Positions 1-12,762 of a stretch of 64,000 bases of DNA are shown here, one piece after another. Both the position numbers and the translations under genes were made by a program. Positions within the stretch are counted from its first letter, which is position 1. Every line of letters begins with the position of its first letter. The DNA comes from a virus: the IMG/VR virus record IMGVR_UViG_3300042398_001385, positions 89,315 through 153,314 of that record; one strand, given 5' to 3'. The notes under the pieces are model-generated. The model was not told the origin of the DNA. It ran no database searches and saw only the letters and a program-made list of their open reading frames with translations.

Positions 1-144
1 TTGAGCAGTTGAGCCTCCAAGGAAAGTAGAAGCAACAGGTTTTTTTGTTGCTCCTAATCCAGCCCATTCTCTTAAAGAATCTGCAGCATTTTTAGAAGTC
101 TCCATATTTAGTCTATTGATCTCTGGATTAATATTTTTTTCCAT
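1..144 (-). CDS. 5' part of a hypothetical late gene (MEKNINPEINRL...), runs off the window edge
   Basis: ATG at 144 with open frame to position 1; GATATATA motif at 164-171 upstream. Confidence 0.6.
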   Translation of the reverse strand, partial: MEKNINPEINRLNMETSKNAADSLREWAGLGATKKPVASTFLGGSTAQ

Positions 145-231
145 TTGTAATTCGCTTTTTTAGTATATATCTAATCTTTTATAGATTCCCTTTTGTTATT
201 TATTTCCGATCGAAAGTATTTTTCAATTCTT

Positions 232-3117
<2,886 letters not shown>

Positions 3118-3130
3118 TTAATTTATTTAT

Positions 3131-3685
3131 TTAAAAAATTATAAAGTCGCCATCCTCGTTAACTAAGATGTTTCCATTTTGATCTGTAAGATATTCTGTA
3201 ATTTCGCTATCTACTAATCCCTCTCCTATTATAACCTCGACATTAACTCTAACTGAATGAGGATTATATAATAGCATACCTCCTTGTTCAAAATAAGGAG
3301 ATTCTATATCGCTTCCATTAGGATCTAAATCCCATCCACCAAATATATAGTTGCTATTCCCTGTTAATATGGTTAGATTTGCCATAGGCAAATAGTTACC
3401 GTTGTATAGTATATTTATAAATCTGTTGGAAACGGGTAATGATGTTGGGTATGTTGCCTTAATCATTACAAAGTCAACATTATTTAATCCTTCGGCACTA
3501 AGTAGTAAAGATGAGTTTCCATAAACACATCCACTGAATGATGAGTAGTTATTAAGTACTATATCAGTGTCACAAAAGCTTATTTCTCTAACAACTTTAG
3601 TCCCATTGACTATTTGAAGATTGCATCTTTGAAAGATAGCACCTTCAAATTGTATTGTATCACATACTAGAGGTGGTGTAGCCAT
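3131..3685 (-). CDS. Hypothetical structural protein, paralogue of 3685-4269
   Basis: Shares FQxCNL, (I/V)KxxY, LxILTG and GWDL motifs with its neighbour. Confidence 0.6.
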   Translation of the reverse strand: MATPPLVCDTIQFEGAIFQRCNLQIVNGTKVVREISFCDTDIVLNNYSSFSGCVYGNSSLLLSAEGLNNVDFVMIKATYPTSLPVSNRFINILYNGNYLPMANLTILTGNSNYIFGGWDLDPNGSDIESPYFEQGGMLLYNPHSVRVNVEVIIGEGLVDSEITEYLTDQNGNILVNEDGDFIIF

Positions 3686-4269
3686 TAGTTAAAAACAAAT
3701 ATTTCTAATTCCATACTATATGTATCGTTAATGTTACTAAACATAATACCACCAAACGAGAGATTCGGAGAGGCGGGAGTTGGATATATGTGTGGACTAA
3801 AACCAGGATTCGGAGGATTATTGGAATAATAGCTAAGATCCCATCCCTGCCAAGGTATTTCTGGTTCAGTTCTACCTGTTAAAATCATCAGGCTTCTTAT
3901 TGGATATGTTTGTCCTTTATATTCCCATGTTAGAAATCTTTGTTCCTCTGGACAATTCTTTTCATATTTAACCTTAACAACTATCATCTGAACTTCTCCT
4001 TGAGCTTGTCCAATTTCTGGAGCATTAAGTGTATAGCTAATATTTGGTCCTAGTGTTATGCTTTTTTTAAGAGATCCTCCACATCCTCCCATCTCAGAGC
4101 TTCCTAAAGATTCCAATTTAAAATCACAGAGAGATACACTAGAAAGTATATTTGCACCCTCTTTTACATCCAAATTACACGACTGAAAATATACCCTCTT
4201 ATAAACACCAGGATTACAATCCAAGTTTTCTATATACTTTGGATCGGTTGTATAAACTTTTTTGATCAT
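3685..4269 (-). CDS. Hypothetical structural protein, paralogue of 3131-3685
   Basis: Same shared motifs; start/stop overlaps with neighbours. Confidence 0.6.
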   Translation of the reverse strand: MIKKVYTTDPKYIENLDCNPGVYKRVYFQSCNLDVKEGANILSSVSLCDFKLESLGSSEMGGCGGSLKKSITLGPNISYTLNAPEIGQAQGEVQMIVVKVKYEKNCPEEQRFLTWEYKGQTYPIRSLMILTGRTEPEIPWQGWDLSYYSNNPPNPGFSPHIYPTPASPNLSFGGIMFSNINDTYSMELEIFVFN

Positions 4270-5522
4270 TTTAAATTTAAAGGGTTATCTTCACCCCCTG
4301 GATTATTTCTAAAATTTTTTCTAGATGCAGAATAATCGGGATTGCTTCTAAATCTTTCCCTTTCGATTCTTTTTTTTCCTAGCATTATCTCATCATTATA
4401 TTTATCAGAATTTTCTTCTTTATTCTCATCTTTTTCTGTATCTTTTTCTACATTTTCGTTATGAGTATCCGGATCTTCTGAAATTTTTAAATCCTCTTCA
4501 TTTTCTATAGGATCTAGCTCGGACGATTCTTCCGTCTTTTCATTATCTAATTCAGCTATATGGTCAATCACTGACTCTTCAATAATATCTTCTTGATAAG
4601 GCTCTTCAATAATTTTTTTGGAATTATCTTCGTTATTTTTAACTCTTATTTTTTTTATTCTATTCCATATATTTTTTATAGAATTTTCTTTATTTTCGTT
4701 TTTCATTTCTTCCTCTTCCTCTTTTTTTTCACTCATTTCAAATGCAAAATTTGCAGCTATAACTAAAGCAATAGCCAAAGGATCAAAAACTAGCATCAAA
4801 ATTATTATGTACCAGTTAACTACACTGTCTATATCGCTTCCCGTTAGTTTTGCAATATATTTTAAAGGTCCTACCTCTTTTGCAAGATCTGCATTAGAGG
4901 AAACACCAAACTTTTCTTGTTCTATTGATGATATCCTAGTATTTTTAGATGATATTGAATCATTTAATATTGATATTTCAGAATCCATTCTTTTTATTTC
5001 TCCGTCGACATCTTTTATCTGTTGGCGTACTGCATTTGTTGATTTTGATTTCTCTATAAGGACATCCTGTGTTGATTGTAGATTTGTCCTTATAGTAGTT
5101 AATTGACCTAGACGATCATTCTTTTGTTTTATCTGAGATTCATAATTGACGATCTCTGTTTTTATTATCGAGATATTTTTATCAAGAATCTGAATATTTT
5201 TATCTTGATTCTGAACTTTAAAAGATGTTTCTTGATAAGCAGATGATAGGAATCCATATATTCCTGCAGATGTTATAATTATTAATATAAGGGTTGCTAT
5301 TGATAGGTATAGTTTCAAACCTAGATTAAGCTTTTTCCAATATTGATATAACAAAGAAGCAGTAACAAGTTTAGCAAATTCTAAGCTTCCTGCTAAAACC
5401 ATTACTTGTAATGATGCACCAGCAAACATTTTACCAAGTCCTGTAACCGAATAAAAAGCAGCTGATCCTGAAACGGATAATGCGGATAAGGCTATTATCC
5501 ACGGTAATAATTTCTTTTTCAT
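4266..5522 (-). CDS. Membrane protein with coiled coil and acidic tail
   Basis: Three N-terminal hydrophobic helices, heptad region, FDPLAIAL helix; start moved to ATG 5522, downstream of GATATATA at 5530-5537. Confidence 0.7.
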   Translation of the reverse strand: MKKKLLPWIIALSALSVSGSAAFYSVTGLGKMFAGASLQVMVLAGSLEFAKLVTASLLYQYWKKLNLGLKLYLSIATLILIIITSAGIYGFLSSAYQETSFKVQNQDKNIQILDKNISIIKTEIVNYESQIKQKNDRLGQLTTIRTNLQSTQDVLIEKSKSTNAVRQQIKDVDGEIKRMDSEISILNDSISSKNTRISSIEQEKFGVSSNADLAKEVGPLKYIAKLTGSDIDSVVNWYIIILMLVFDPLAIALVIAANFAFEMSEKKEEEEEMKNENKENSIKNIWNRIKKIRVKNNEDNSKKIIEEPYQEDIIEESVIDHIAELDNEKTEESSELDPIENEEDLKISEDPDTHNENVEKDTEKDENKEENSDKYNDEIMLGKKRIERERFRSNPDYSASRKNFRNNPGGEDNPLNLK

Positions 5523-5540
5523 ACTTAAGTATATATCCAC

Positions 5541-5571
5541 AAAAAAAGACTGGCATTAATACCAGTCTTTT
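5541..5571 (-). terminator. Intrinsic terminator
   Basis: AGACTGG/CCAGTCT stem followed by a U-tract. Confidence 0.8.
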
Positions 5572-5595
5572 GTATTATAATTTATGTAGTAACTA

Positions 5596-6096
5596 TTATT
5601 CTAGTTCTATTCCTTGTTCAGCAGCTGCAAGCTGTTGCTCAAGATCTTTAACTACCATATTGTCTTGTTGAATTAACATCAATGTTTCTTCTAATGTTTT
5701 CCAAAGAGTTACAAAAGATTCAATTTCTTTTTCTCCTTTCCCTTCCATTCTTAGAACGAAATAATGTGAAGCCTCAACCTCTAGATTTGTAAAATAAACT
5801 ACTCCGTCTTTAATTCCTTCAGATTTTACCTCTTCAATTCTTTTTAGAATTTCTTTAACGCCAAGAGCTTCTTTAGATCTCCATTGAACTTCTTCTCTCA
5901 TATAGATTTCAAATCTATGTAAAAGTGAATCCGACATTGATACTGCATACTCTTTGTCTTTAAGACTTGCCTTATAATTTTCTAAATCTTTCTTAATTGA
6001 TTCTACTTTTTCAGTATCAACTTTACTGATGTATTTTTCAAGTTTAGCTTCATTTTGAGCTACTAACTCTTCCTCTAATTGTGGTTTATTTGCCAT
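5596..6096 (-). CDS. Hypothetical protein
   Basis: ORF with GAAAC-N18-TATA promoter at 6111-6137. Confidence 0.7.
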   Translation of the reverse strand: MANKPQLEEELVAQNEAKLEKYISKVDTEKVESIKKDLENYKASLKDKEYAVSMSDSLLHRFEIYMREEVQWRSKEALGVKEILKRIEEVKSEGIKDGVVYFTNLEVEASHYFVLRMEGKGEKEIESFVTLWKTLEETLMLIQQDNMVVKDLEQQLAAAEQGIELE

Positions 6097-6137
6097 TTTG
6101 TTTTTATTTTTATATCTGTTATTGTCACAGAAGTTTC

Positions 6138-6938
6138 TTATATTCCGTGTATTTCTCTGAATTTTTTAGCAAGATCTATAAATTGTTCCAAATAATATTT
6201 CAATTCGTAGTCATGAACTATAAAAGTTTGTATATCTGATGTTTGTTCGTTTGCTATTCTTATTCTTCCACATTTAGGTACTTCCTGATATTTTTCAGCA
6301 CACATAAACATATAAGCGGCTATCTGCAATTTATAGCTTAAGATATCATCTTCATCTTTTAAAGATGTTGAAGATTTAAAGTCGTCAACTATTAAATATT
6401 GTTCTTTGTTTCTATAAACAAAGTCACAAGCTCCTGCCCATCCACCTTTAAAGGTAGTATATAAGAATGCTTCGTTATCTACTACTTCTTCTATATCTTC
6501 CCAAAAATTAGTGTGATAAAAATTCCAAAATAGATCCCTTCCTTTATTTACATACTTAGCATATTTTCCTTCGTCCCTACTAGATTCCTCTATTGCAAAG
6601 ATCTGTGCTTTTTTTAATGATCTATCTACATCTTTTTCTTTTGCCCATTCTAATAAGAAGAGTTCAAGCATCCTGTGCATAACAGTTCCTCTTTCTGCAG
6701 CATCGTGTAATATTTTATCCCATCGAGCTTCTCCAAATTGAATTTTTAAAGCTTCATATTTTTCATTCTTTACTAGCTTTAATATAGTAGTAACAGAAGG
6801 CAAAATTAAAGGAGCTTCACCAGCTCCTTCTACTACGTAAGCTCTTCCCCAAGGAAATGCTTGTCTATTTATTTGTATGTCAGAAGATAACATTCCACAG
6901 GTATTTAATTCCTCCCAAAATCCATGATATAAATCCAA
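6138..6938 (-). CDS. PD-(D/E)XK exonuclease (Cas4/lambda-exo-like phage family); true start possibly near 6893
   Basis: PSVTTIL, RGTVMH, AGACD, DDFKSS and QIAAY motifs. Confidence 0.8.
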   Translation of the reverse strand: MDLYHGFWEELNTCGMLSSDIQINRQAFPWGRAYVVEGAGEAPLILPSVTTILKLVKNEKYEALKIQFGEARWDKILHDAAERGTVMHRMLELFLLEWAKEKDVDRSLKKAQIFAIEESSRDEGKYAKYVNKGRDLFWNFYHTNFWEDIEEVVDNEAFLYTTFKGGWAGACDFVYRNKEQYLIVDDFKSSTSLKDEDDILSYKLQIAAYMFMCAEKYQEVPKCGRIRIANEQTSDIQTFIVHDYELKYYLEQFIDLAKKFREIHGI

Positions 6939-7341
6939 ACTTATATTGAAGCCACATCAGAAGTAAAATTAATATTATTCTGTAGATGATCCATCTTATA
7001 GATAATCTCTGGAAGTATGGTGTATAAACTATAAGATAAGAAATCGAACTATCTATAGGAGATATTTTAGGAATTATAACCTCTTGAAGATTTAATCTAG
7101 TTAAATATTCATTAAGGGGTCTAGACTCTTCTAAAACATAAGCAGGTCTTATCTCATCAGGAGAATCTGGGGAATAAATAACCTCAGGTGGTAAATTTAC
7201 TACGGTGTATATTCTACCTATCCAATCTACCCTGAGCTTAAATTTTTCCCACTCGATTGTTCCTTTATTTTTCTTTATCGTTTTCTTTATAAAGAAATAG
7301 TTATTAATGTCAGTTATAACTCTTTTAAAGGGATAATTCAT
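6880..7341 (-). CDS. Hypothetical protein with C-terminal transmembrane segment
   Basis: ORF track; hydrophobic C-terminus. Confidence 0.65.
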   Translation of the reverse strand: MNYPFKRVITDINNYFFIKKTIKKNKGTIEWEKFKLRVDWIGRIYTVVNLPPEVIYSPDSPDEIRPAYVLEESRPLNEYLTRLNLQEVIIPKISPIDSSISYLIVYTPYFQRLSIRWIIYRIILILLLMWLQYKFGFISWILGGIKYLWNVIF

Positions 7342-7375
7342 ATCAATTATATCTATCTATTAGAAAAAGTTACGA

Positions 7376-7999
7376 TCAATCATTAAAAGTCAAATTAACA
7401 CCAGGAAACATATCCCTAACTTTTAATCTCGCTCTTCTAATTCTTGTAGCAATGGCTCTTTTCTTCATACCATACTTATCTGCTATTTCCTGATATTTCA
7501 TTCTAAGGATCTCCCTATCAAATAATATATCTTTGTATATTTCTGGGAGATCATTCATTCTTTCTATAACATTGTCGTATAAATCCTCCATTTCGTCATT
7601 TTCTACAGAAATAAAATCGAAATCAGATTCGAATGTTACCGGGGATCTTCTTATTGATGCTGTATTATATTCTTCAGAGTCATCATTATTTTTTACTACC
7701 TCTTGTATAATAGGCATGTATCTGTCCTCGTTCTTTTTTATAACTAATGATTCGTTTTTAGCTATATTATAGATCCACGTGGAAAAGTTCCCTCTTGCTG
7801 AATCATATTGGGATATCTTTGTCCATATTTTAGCCATTGTATTAGACACTGCATCTTCTGCTGATTCTTGCTCTATTAATATAGATCTACAATGTTTTAA
7901 TAACCCCGGTTTAATTCTTTTATATAATTCAACAAAATCTTTCTCTGATGATGTTCTCATAAAACTTTCTGCCAATTCCTGAATATTCTTTGCCGCCAT
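7376..7999 (-). CDS. ECF-type RNA polymerase sigma factor
   Basis: Region 2 (AEDAVSNT...FSTWIYNIAKN) and region 4 HTH (LPEIY...YQEIADKYG...TRIRRAR). Confidence 0.88.
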   Translation of the reverse strand: MAAKNIQELAESFMRTSSEKDFVELYKRIKPGLLKHCRSILIEQESAEDAVSNTMAKIWTKISQYDSARGNFSTWIYNIAKNESLVIKKNEDRYMPIIQEVVKNNDDSEEYNTASIRRSPVTFESDFDFISVENDEMEDLYDNVIERMNDLPEIYKDILFDREILRMKYQEIADKYGMKKRAIATRIRRARLKVRDMFPGVNLTFND

Positions 8000-8029
8000 A
8001 ATTTTTTAATTTTTTTCTAGTTTTTTAGT

Positions 8030-8467
8030 TTATAGGTTTACTTTTTTTATTTCTATTCCTGCCTCCTCGAAAAGTTTAAAAGAATCCGTATTTCTATAGA
8101 CTTCTAAGTAAACTATTCTTTTTATTCCTGCTTGTATAATAATCTTAGCACAATCAAAGCAGGGGGAAAGAGTAACGTAAAGTGTAGCTCCTTCCGCGCT
8201 GTTGGTACTTTTAGCTATTTTAGTAATGGCATTTGCTTCAGCATGTAAAACTGTAGGCAAGGTATTATTATCACAGTCCTCACACTCGTTTGGAAATCCA
8301 GATGGTGTTCCGTTATATCCGTCAGATATTATTTGTCTATCTTTTACTATTAGACAACCTACCTGACTTCTTTTACAGTGAGAGTTCTCTGACCAAACTT
8401 TGGCCATTCTTAAATAGAGTACGTCTAGCTTATTCTGCTTGTTCTGTGGTAGGCTCTGATTGTTCAT
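8030..8467 (-). CDS. dCMP deaminase
   Basis: GYNGTP, HAEANAI and SPCFDC zinc motifs. Confidence 0.93.
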   Translation of the reverse strand: MNNQSLPQNKQNKLDVLYLRMAKVWSENSHCKRSQVGCLIVKDRQIISDGYNGTPSGFPNECEDCDNNTLPTVLHAEANAITKIAKSTNSAEGATLYVTLSPCFDCAKIIIQAGIKRIVYLEVYRNTDSFKLFEEAGIEIKKVNL

Positions 8468-8705
8468 CAGATTGGGCTGTTTTTAAAGGTGTAACTTCTA
8501 TTTTGAATCTTTCAACCATATGGAAAGTTTCCATAAGTCTAAAAACGCCCAGGAGATTTAGGACTTGATTAATTTCATCCTCAGTAAATTCAATTTTTTC
8601 TTCATTTTCCAAAAGTTCCAAACATTCCTTGTAGCCTGCATAGTTTTTTAAAAACTCAAGAACTGTTTCTCTTAGCTCTTTCGTAATTTCATAGTTTTTA
8701 CTCAT
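8430..8705 (-). CDS. Hypothetical protein
   Basis: ORF; TATATTTG element at 8732-8739 upstream. Confidence 0.65.
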   Translation of the reverse strand: MSKNYEITKELRETVLEFLKNYAGYKECLELLENEEKIEFTEDEINQVLNLLGVFRLMETFHMVERFKIEVTPLKTAQSDEQSEPTTEQAE

Positions 8706-8765
8706 AATTTATTATTTAGGTTTATTTTTTACAAATATATTAATTCTTACTTAAAAAGTAAACCC

Positions 8766-10565
8766 CTAATTGAAATTTTTCTTATTAGGGATAACAATAA
8801 GAGGATTCTGTAATGTAGTATTTAATTGAGATAATAATCTCACCATACTTTTTATATCATCAGACATATCTTTGCTCATCTTATCAGATTCCTCTTTACT
8901 TTTAGTTTCTTCTGCTTTTTTACTGTCTTCTTTTTGTTTATCTGCACTCGTAGATGCGGTATTCATATCGGAGCTAGATGTGCTTGTAGCCGTACTAGTA
9001 CTTGTGTTTGTATTAGCAGTTGAACCCGTCGTTGTTGTATTCGTTTGTGTTGTATTGGTTTCAGTCTTAGCAGGTTCACTAACACTATTTAAATTTTGTA
9101 CTTGTGTTTCTTTTATAGAAGTACTACTTGAAGAAGTTTCAGACTTTTGTTGATTTGTTTCTGGTTTTTTGTCTTCTATTTTGGTTTCTTTGGTTTCTTT
9201 CTTTGCTTTTTCTGTTGTTCCTTTAGAATCCCCATCTTTTTTATCCTCAGCTTTCTTCGAGAGTCCTAAATCTTGTAATATTTTATCCTGTGCAGCTTCT
9301 ACCTCAGCATTTCCTTTTCCTTTTTTAGATTTAGATTTATCATCCTCTCCGCCTCCTTCACCCTCTTTTTTATCTCCTCCTATTTTTATTCCTAGAGATT
9401 CTAAAATTGCATCTTGTGCTTTCTCTGTATTTGATTTCTCACCCTTTTTAGTCTTCTCATTACCTTTTTTTGTATCCTCAACTTTTGTTGCTCCTGTTGC
9501 TCCTGTTCCTCCAGTTGTACTCTTATTTGTTAAATTTTCTACTGACGTCGAAGAAGCGGGACCTGTAGGACCAGTAGATGATTTTTCAACATTGGATGTA
9601 GTGGAAGATCCCTCAACAGGTTTTACGTCTCCTGTTGTTCCTGCTGTTCCTGTGGGGGTATTTGTAGAAGCAGGTCCAGTAGCAGATGGAGATTTCTTCT
9701 CCTCAATTTTTGTCTCATCCGTTTTTGTCTTCGGTTCTTCCTTTTTAGCCTCCTGTGCAGCTTCTTTTATTACATCCTCCGCTTTTTTTCCTTCTTTTTT
9801 TTCTATTAGTTTTTTTATGTTATCATCATATGCTTTTGACATTTTGGTAATACTCTCATTAGTAAATCCTTCAGCTTCTAGAACTTTTGCTAAAGCAGAA
9901 ATTATAGCCATATTTTCAGGAGTATATAAAATAGGAGCATATTGGCTAGCTGCAGGTTGAGACTTTACCCCAAAATAGTCTAGTACCTCAGAAAACTTAT
10001 CGAGTAGTGGATCGAATTTAAGTTTTTCGTCCTTTATTTTACTGTCAAAATCGCTTTGTACGTCCTCATATGAATCGAATTCCATTACATCTCTTAGTCC
10101 CAGATTTTCTACTATATCAGTAACCCTACCGTCTTTAAGAAGTTTAGCATTTCCTATTTTATTTTCTGCAGCTTGCTTAGACATTTCAAAAATCTCCTTC
10201 CCGTCTATAGTTTCCCCTTTATCTATTTTTCTGCCTATTGTACTCCTGTCCGAATCTGCACCTGAATAAGCTTCTGTAAAATATATAGCTTTGGTGTCTA
10301 TTCCCTCCCCTAATTCTTTTAAATTCTTCTCAAAGGATTCATTATAGAACTTTCTGGCATTTTTTATAACCTCGTCTGCAGATTTTTTTTTAACCTTAAG
10401 ATCCTCGTCAATTTCTTTACCAGTCAATCTGACATTTACTCCATCAGATACAACTCTTGCTTTGTCTTGTTCTTCGTATTTAGCTCTATCAAAAGCACCT
10501 TCACCTGCTTTAAAAACAGGAAATTCCGATCCTGCTGCTCCTGATGTTCCTGTTTCTCCTGCCAA
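8766..10565 (-). CDS. Low-complexity Lys/Glu/Thr/Ser-rich protein in the tail module (possible hub or tape-measure related)
   Basis: Lies downstream of the tail chaperone-like pair; TTG start. Confidence 0.5.
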   Translation of the reverse strand: MAGETGTSGAAGSEFPVFKAGEGAFDRAKYEEQDKARVVSDGVNVRLTGKEIDEDLKVKKKSADEVIKNARKFYNESFEKNLKELGEGIDTKAIYFTEAYSGADSDRSTIGRKIDKGETIDGKEIFEMSKQAAENKIGNAKLLKDGRVTDIVENLGLRDVMEFDSYEDVQSDFDSKIKDEKLKFDPLLDKFSEVLDYFGVKSQPAASQYAPILYTPENMAIISALAKVLEAEGFTNESITKMSKAYDDNIKKLIEKKEGKKAEDVIKEAAQEAKKEEPKTKTDETKIEEKKSPSATGPASTNTPTGTAGTTGDVKPVEGSSTTSNVEKSSTGPTGPASSTSVENLTNKSTTGGTGATGATKVEDTKKGNEKTKKGEKSNTEKAQDAILESLGIKIGGDKKEGEGGGEDDKSKSKKGKGNAEVEAAQDKILQDLGLSKKAEDKKDGDSKGTTEKAKKETKETKIEDKKPETNQQKSETSSSSTSIKETQVQNLNSVSEPAKTETNTTQTNTTTTGSTANTNTSTSTATSTSSSDMNTASTSADKQKEDSKKAEETKSKEESDKMSKDMSDDIKSMVRLLSQLNTTLQNPLIVIPNKKNFN

Positions 10566-10602
10566 AATTGTTTTTTATTTATATACCTAAAAAGCCAAAA
10601 AG

Positions 10603-10830
10603 TTATCTTTTTGGCTTTGAAAATGCAAATGCTTCTACTAATTCGCCTTGCTCGTTTTTCTTATTTTCTCTTTCTATTCTTTCGTTAAGCTTATCTATAA
10701 ACAGTTGATATTCGTAGAAAGGTAAATCCTCCAAATAATCTATTGATAATTTAAATTCTTCCCAGAGTCTAAATTTAATATCAAAGTAGTTGGCTAAAGA
10801 TATCTGAAATAACGAAAAGAGATCTGTACC
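10603..10830 (-). CDS. Small baseplate/tail assembly protein with no clear start codon; possibly reached by frameshift from the upstream gene
   Basis: SLANYF...LSIDYLEDLPFYE resembles the small gene that follows the baseplate hub gene in T4-like phages; lies in the +1 frame of the upstream ORF. Confidence 0.55.
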   Translation of the reverse strand, partial: GTDLFSLFQISLANYFDIKFRLWEEFKLSIDYLEDLPFYEYQLFIDKLNERIERENKKNEQGELVEAFAFSKPKR

Positions 10831-11833
10831 CTCCGGGAAAGGAAATCTCTGCTGTGACCTCCCCATCACAGCTTTCACATTTACTATTGATTCTTGATTT
10901 TGTAGCAAAGTTTATCTTCTCTGTTATTTGATCTGCAATAGAGAATTGCAGGGGTGACCATTCTCCAGAAGCTCTCTCGTATTGGTCATATAACCTCTCA
11001 TCTAGTCCTCTCCAATCTGGAATAATAAAAGAAGCGACTTTAGCAAAACTTTCATCAAAAGTTTTTCCTTTTCTTCTTTTTTCTGATAATATTTTTCTAC
11101 ATACTGTGGTTACTCCAACAGTAGGAATGTAAAGATTCATTTCTTCAGATCCATCCTTTGGTACAAACTTAAATGAATAGCTATCTCTGCTATATCTTTT
11201 TAATATTTCATCATCAACAACAAAGCTATCTAAGATGTTGGATCTTAGCTCTATCATATCGGGTATATTGCAATCTTCTTTTTTACAATTTTTAGTTACT
11301 GGTAGAAGTATTTTATTTTCACCCCTAATAAAAGTAAAATCTCTAATTGCCATTATAATATAAAATCTATCCTCATACCATAAATCATAAGATTCTAGAA
11401 TACCTCCATTCCATCTTATCTTCATACATTTAGAAATTATGGTATTTAATTTATCGTCTAGATCTAATCTGTCGTCTTCATCTACTGTTGAGTAGTGTCT
11501 TATTTCTTTTACTCCCGCGGCTCTTATAGCAATCTCAAATCCGTCAGGATATCCAAATCCCTTAGAAGGAAGATTGGAAACTGGAATATTTTTCCATTCT
11601 GATTCCATTCCTAAAGGATTCCTATTCATATTTACTTTCCCTAAATTACTATTTTGTGGTGTAATTGATTGGTTCCCAATAGGTTGCGTATCTTTTGTTG
11701 TATCTGATTCTTTATCTATCCAATTGGGTATTTCATATGATCCTACGTCCGGATCATTGTCATATTGGAATTTAGATTGCGCTTCTCTTTTATTGAGCTC
11801 ATTAAGCAATTCGTCATTTGTATTATCTGCCAT
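10781..11833 (-). CDS. Baseplate hub / tail assembly chaperone (T4 gp26-like)
   Basis: LPSKG motif, CxxxxC and C-terminal CxxC, position after tail tube genes. Confidence 0.65.
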   Translation of the reverse strand: MADNTNDELLNELNKREAQSKFQYDNDPDVGSYEIPNWIDKESDTTKDTQPIGNQSITPQNSNLGKVNMNRNPLGMESEWKNIPVSNLPSKGFGYPDGFEIAIRAAGVKEIRHYSTVDEDDRLDLDDKLNTIISKCMKIRWNGGILESYDLWYEDRFYIIMAIRDFTFIRGENKILLPVTKNCKKEDCNIPDMIELRSNILDSFVVDDEILKRYSRDSYSFKFVPKDGSEEMNLYIPTVGVTTVCRKILSEKRRKGKTFDESFAKVASFIIPDWRGLDERLYDQYERASGEWSPLQFSIADQITEKINFATKSRINSKCESCDGEVTAEISFPGGYRSLFVISDIFSQLL

Positions 11834-11848
11834 AACTTATCTTATATC

Positions 11849-12070
11849 TTATTCTACTTTTTTTCCGGGTTTTAGTTTCTTATTTGATGACAAAAAGAAA
11901 TAAAATCCAAAGAAAAGAGCCGAAAGGAAGTAAAAAATCGCTACTGTATGCCAGTAGGAATTTGTCCATTTCATTATCGTTGCAAAAAGGATATCGAATC
12001 CGAAGGGATTGAAGAAAGTTGCTAAGACCAAACATACTGATGATATTCTTGTTCTGTTTTTCTGATTCAC
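11849..12070 (-). CDS. Small two-helix membrane protein
   Basis: Two hydrophobic segments and a basic tail. Confidence 0.5.
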   Translation of the reverse strand: MNQKNRTRISSVCLVLATFFNPFGFDILFATIMKWTNSYWHTVAIFYFLSALFFGFYFFLSSNKKLKPGKKVE

Positions 12071-12121
12071 AATCGTCGTCCATATTATTTTAATATCTAC
12101 ATTTTTGATTTCTATGAAAAC

Positions 12122-12151
12122 AAAAAATGGAGACTTTGTAGAGCCTCCATT
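12122..12151 (-). terminator. Intrinsic terminator after the tail tube genes
   Basis: ATGGAG/CTCCAT stem plus U-tract. Confidence 0.65.
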
Positions 12152-12172
12152 TATATATTTGTTTTATTTTTA

Positions 12173-12751
12173 TTAGTTAAAAATGTCCTCGAAATAGTCA
12201 GCTCTAAAAGATAAAGCTATCTTATAAGGTGTTGTACCGTTAGTGTAATCAAGATCTAAAGCTTTTATTTGATCTACTGGGAAGCAATTAATTAGTTTAA
12301 CTCTTCTAAATACATCACCTTGCTTATTAAATACTGATATTAAAATATAAGTTCCTCCTGCATAAGTAGATTTTATACCAGTAGCACCAGTTAAAGGATT
12401 GTAAATAAGATCTGACCACTGTCTAAGTGTTTTAAACACATAGTTACTGTTATTATCATTAAGGTTAGTCTCAAATTCAATTCTTACTTTAACTCCTGTA
12501 TCATCAACTGCACCTGCAGCATATCTTCTTTTAGAGAACTTATATCTTTGTTCTGCTATACCTGGGTTTTTATCAACTGTTAAACCAGCAACAGATAAAA
12601 CGTTTTCCACTAACAAGCTTCTTCCGTTGTTTCCTTGCTCTAATGCAACTCCAGCGGGTGGTTGAATAATAACCTCAAACTGATTAAGGTATACTGGTTC
12701 GTATAATTGTACCGCTGCTTTTGACGATGTAAAATGTGGTAATCCTGCCAT
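12173..12751 (-). CDS. Tail tube protein (gp19-like), copy 2
   Basis: NQFEV, WSDLIYNP and FPxxI motifs, C-terminal DYF; follows sheath. Confidence 0.8.
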   Translation of the reverse strand: MAGLPHFTSSKAAVQLYEPVYLNQFEVIIQPPAGVALEQGNNGRSLLVENVLSVAGLTVDKNPGIAEQRYKFSKRRYAAGAVDDTGVKVRIEFETNLNDNNSNYVFKTLRQWSDLIYNPLTGATGIKSTYAGGTYILISVFNKQGDVFRRVKLINCFPVDQIKALDLDYTNGTTPYKIALSFRADYFEDIFN

Positions 12752-12762
12752 TTTTTAATTAT

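Noticed and set aside
6138-6938. Cas4-like nuclease as evidence of a CRISPR system
   Set aside because: No array or other cas genes in the window; this is a common stand-alone phage exonuclease
8872-9960. Long plus-strand ORFs antisense to 8766-10565, and similar shadow ORFs elsewhere
   Set aside because: Antisense shadows of biased coding sequence with Ser/Phe/Leu-rich composition and no promoter
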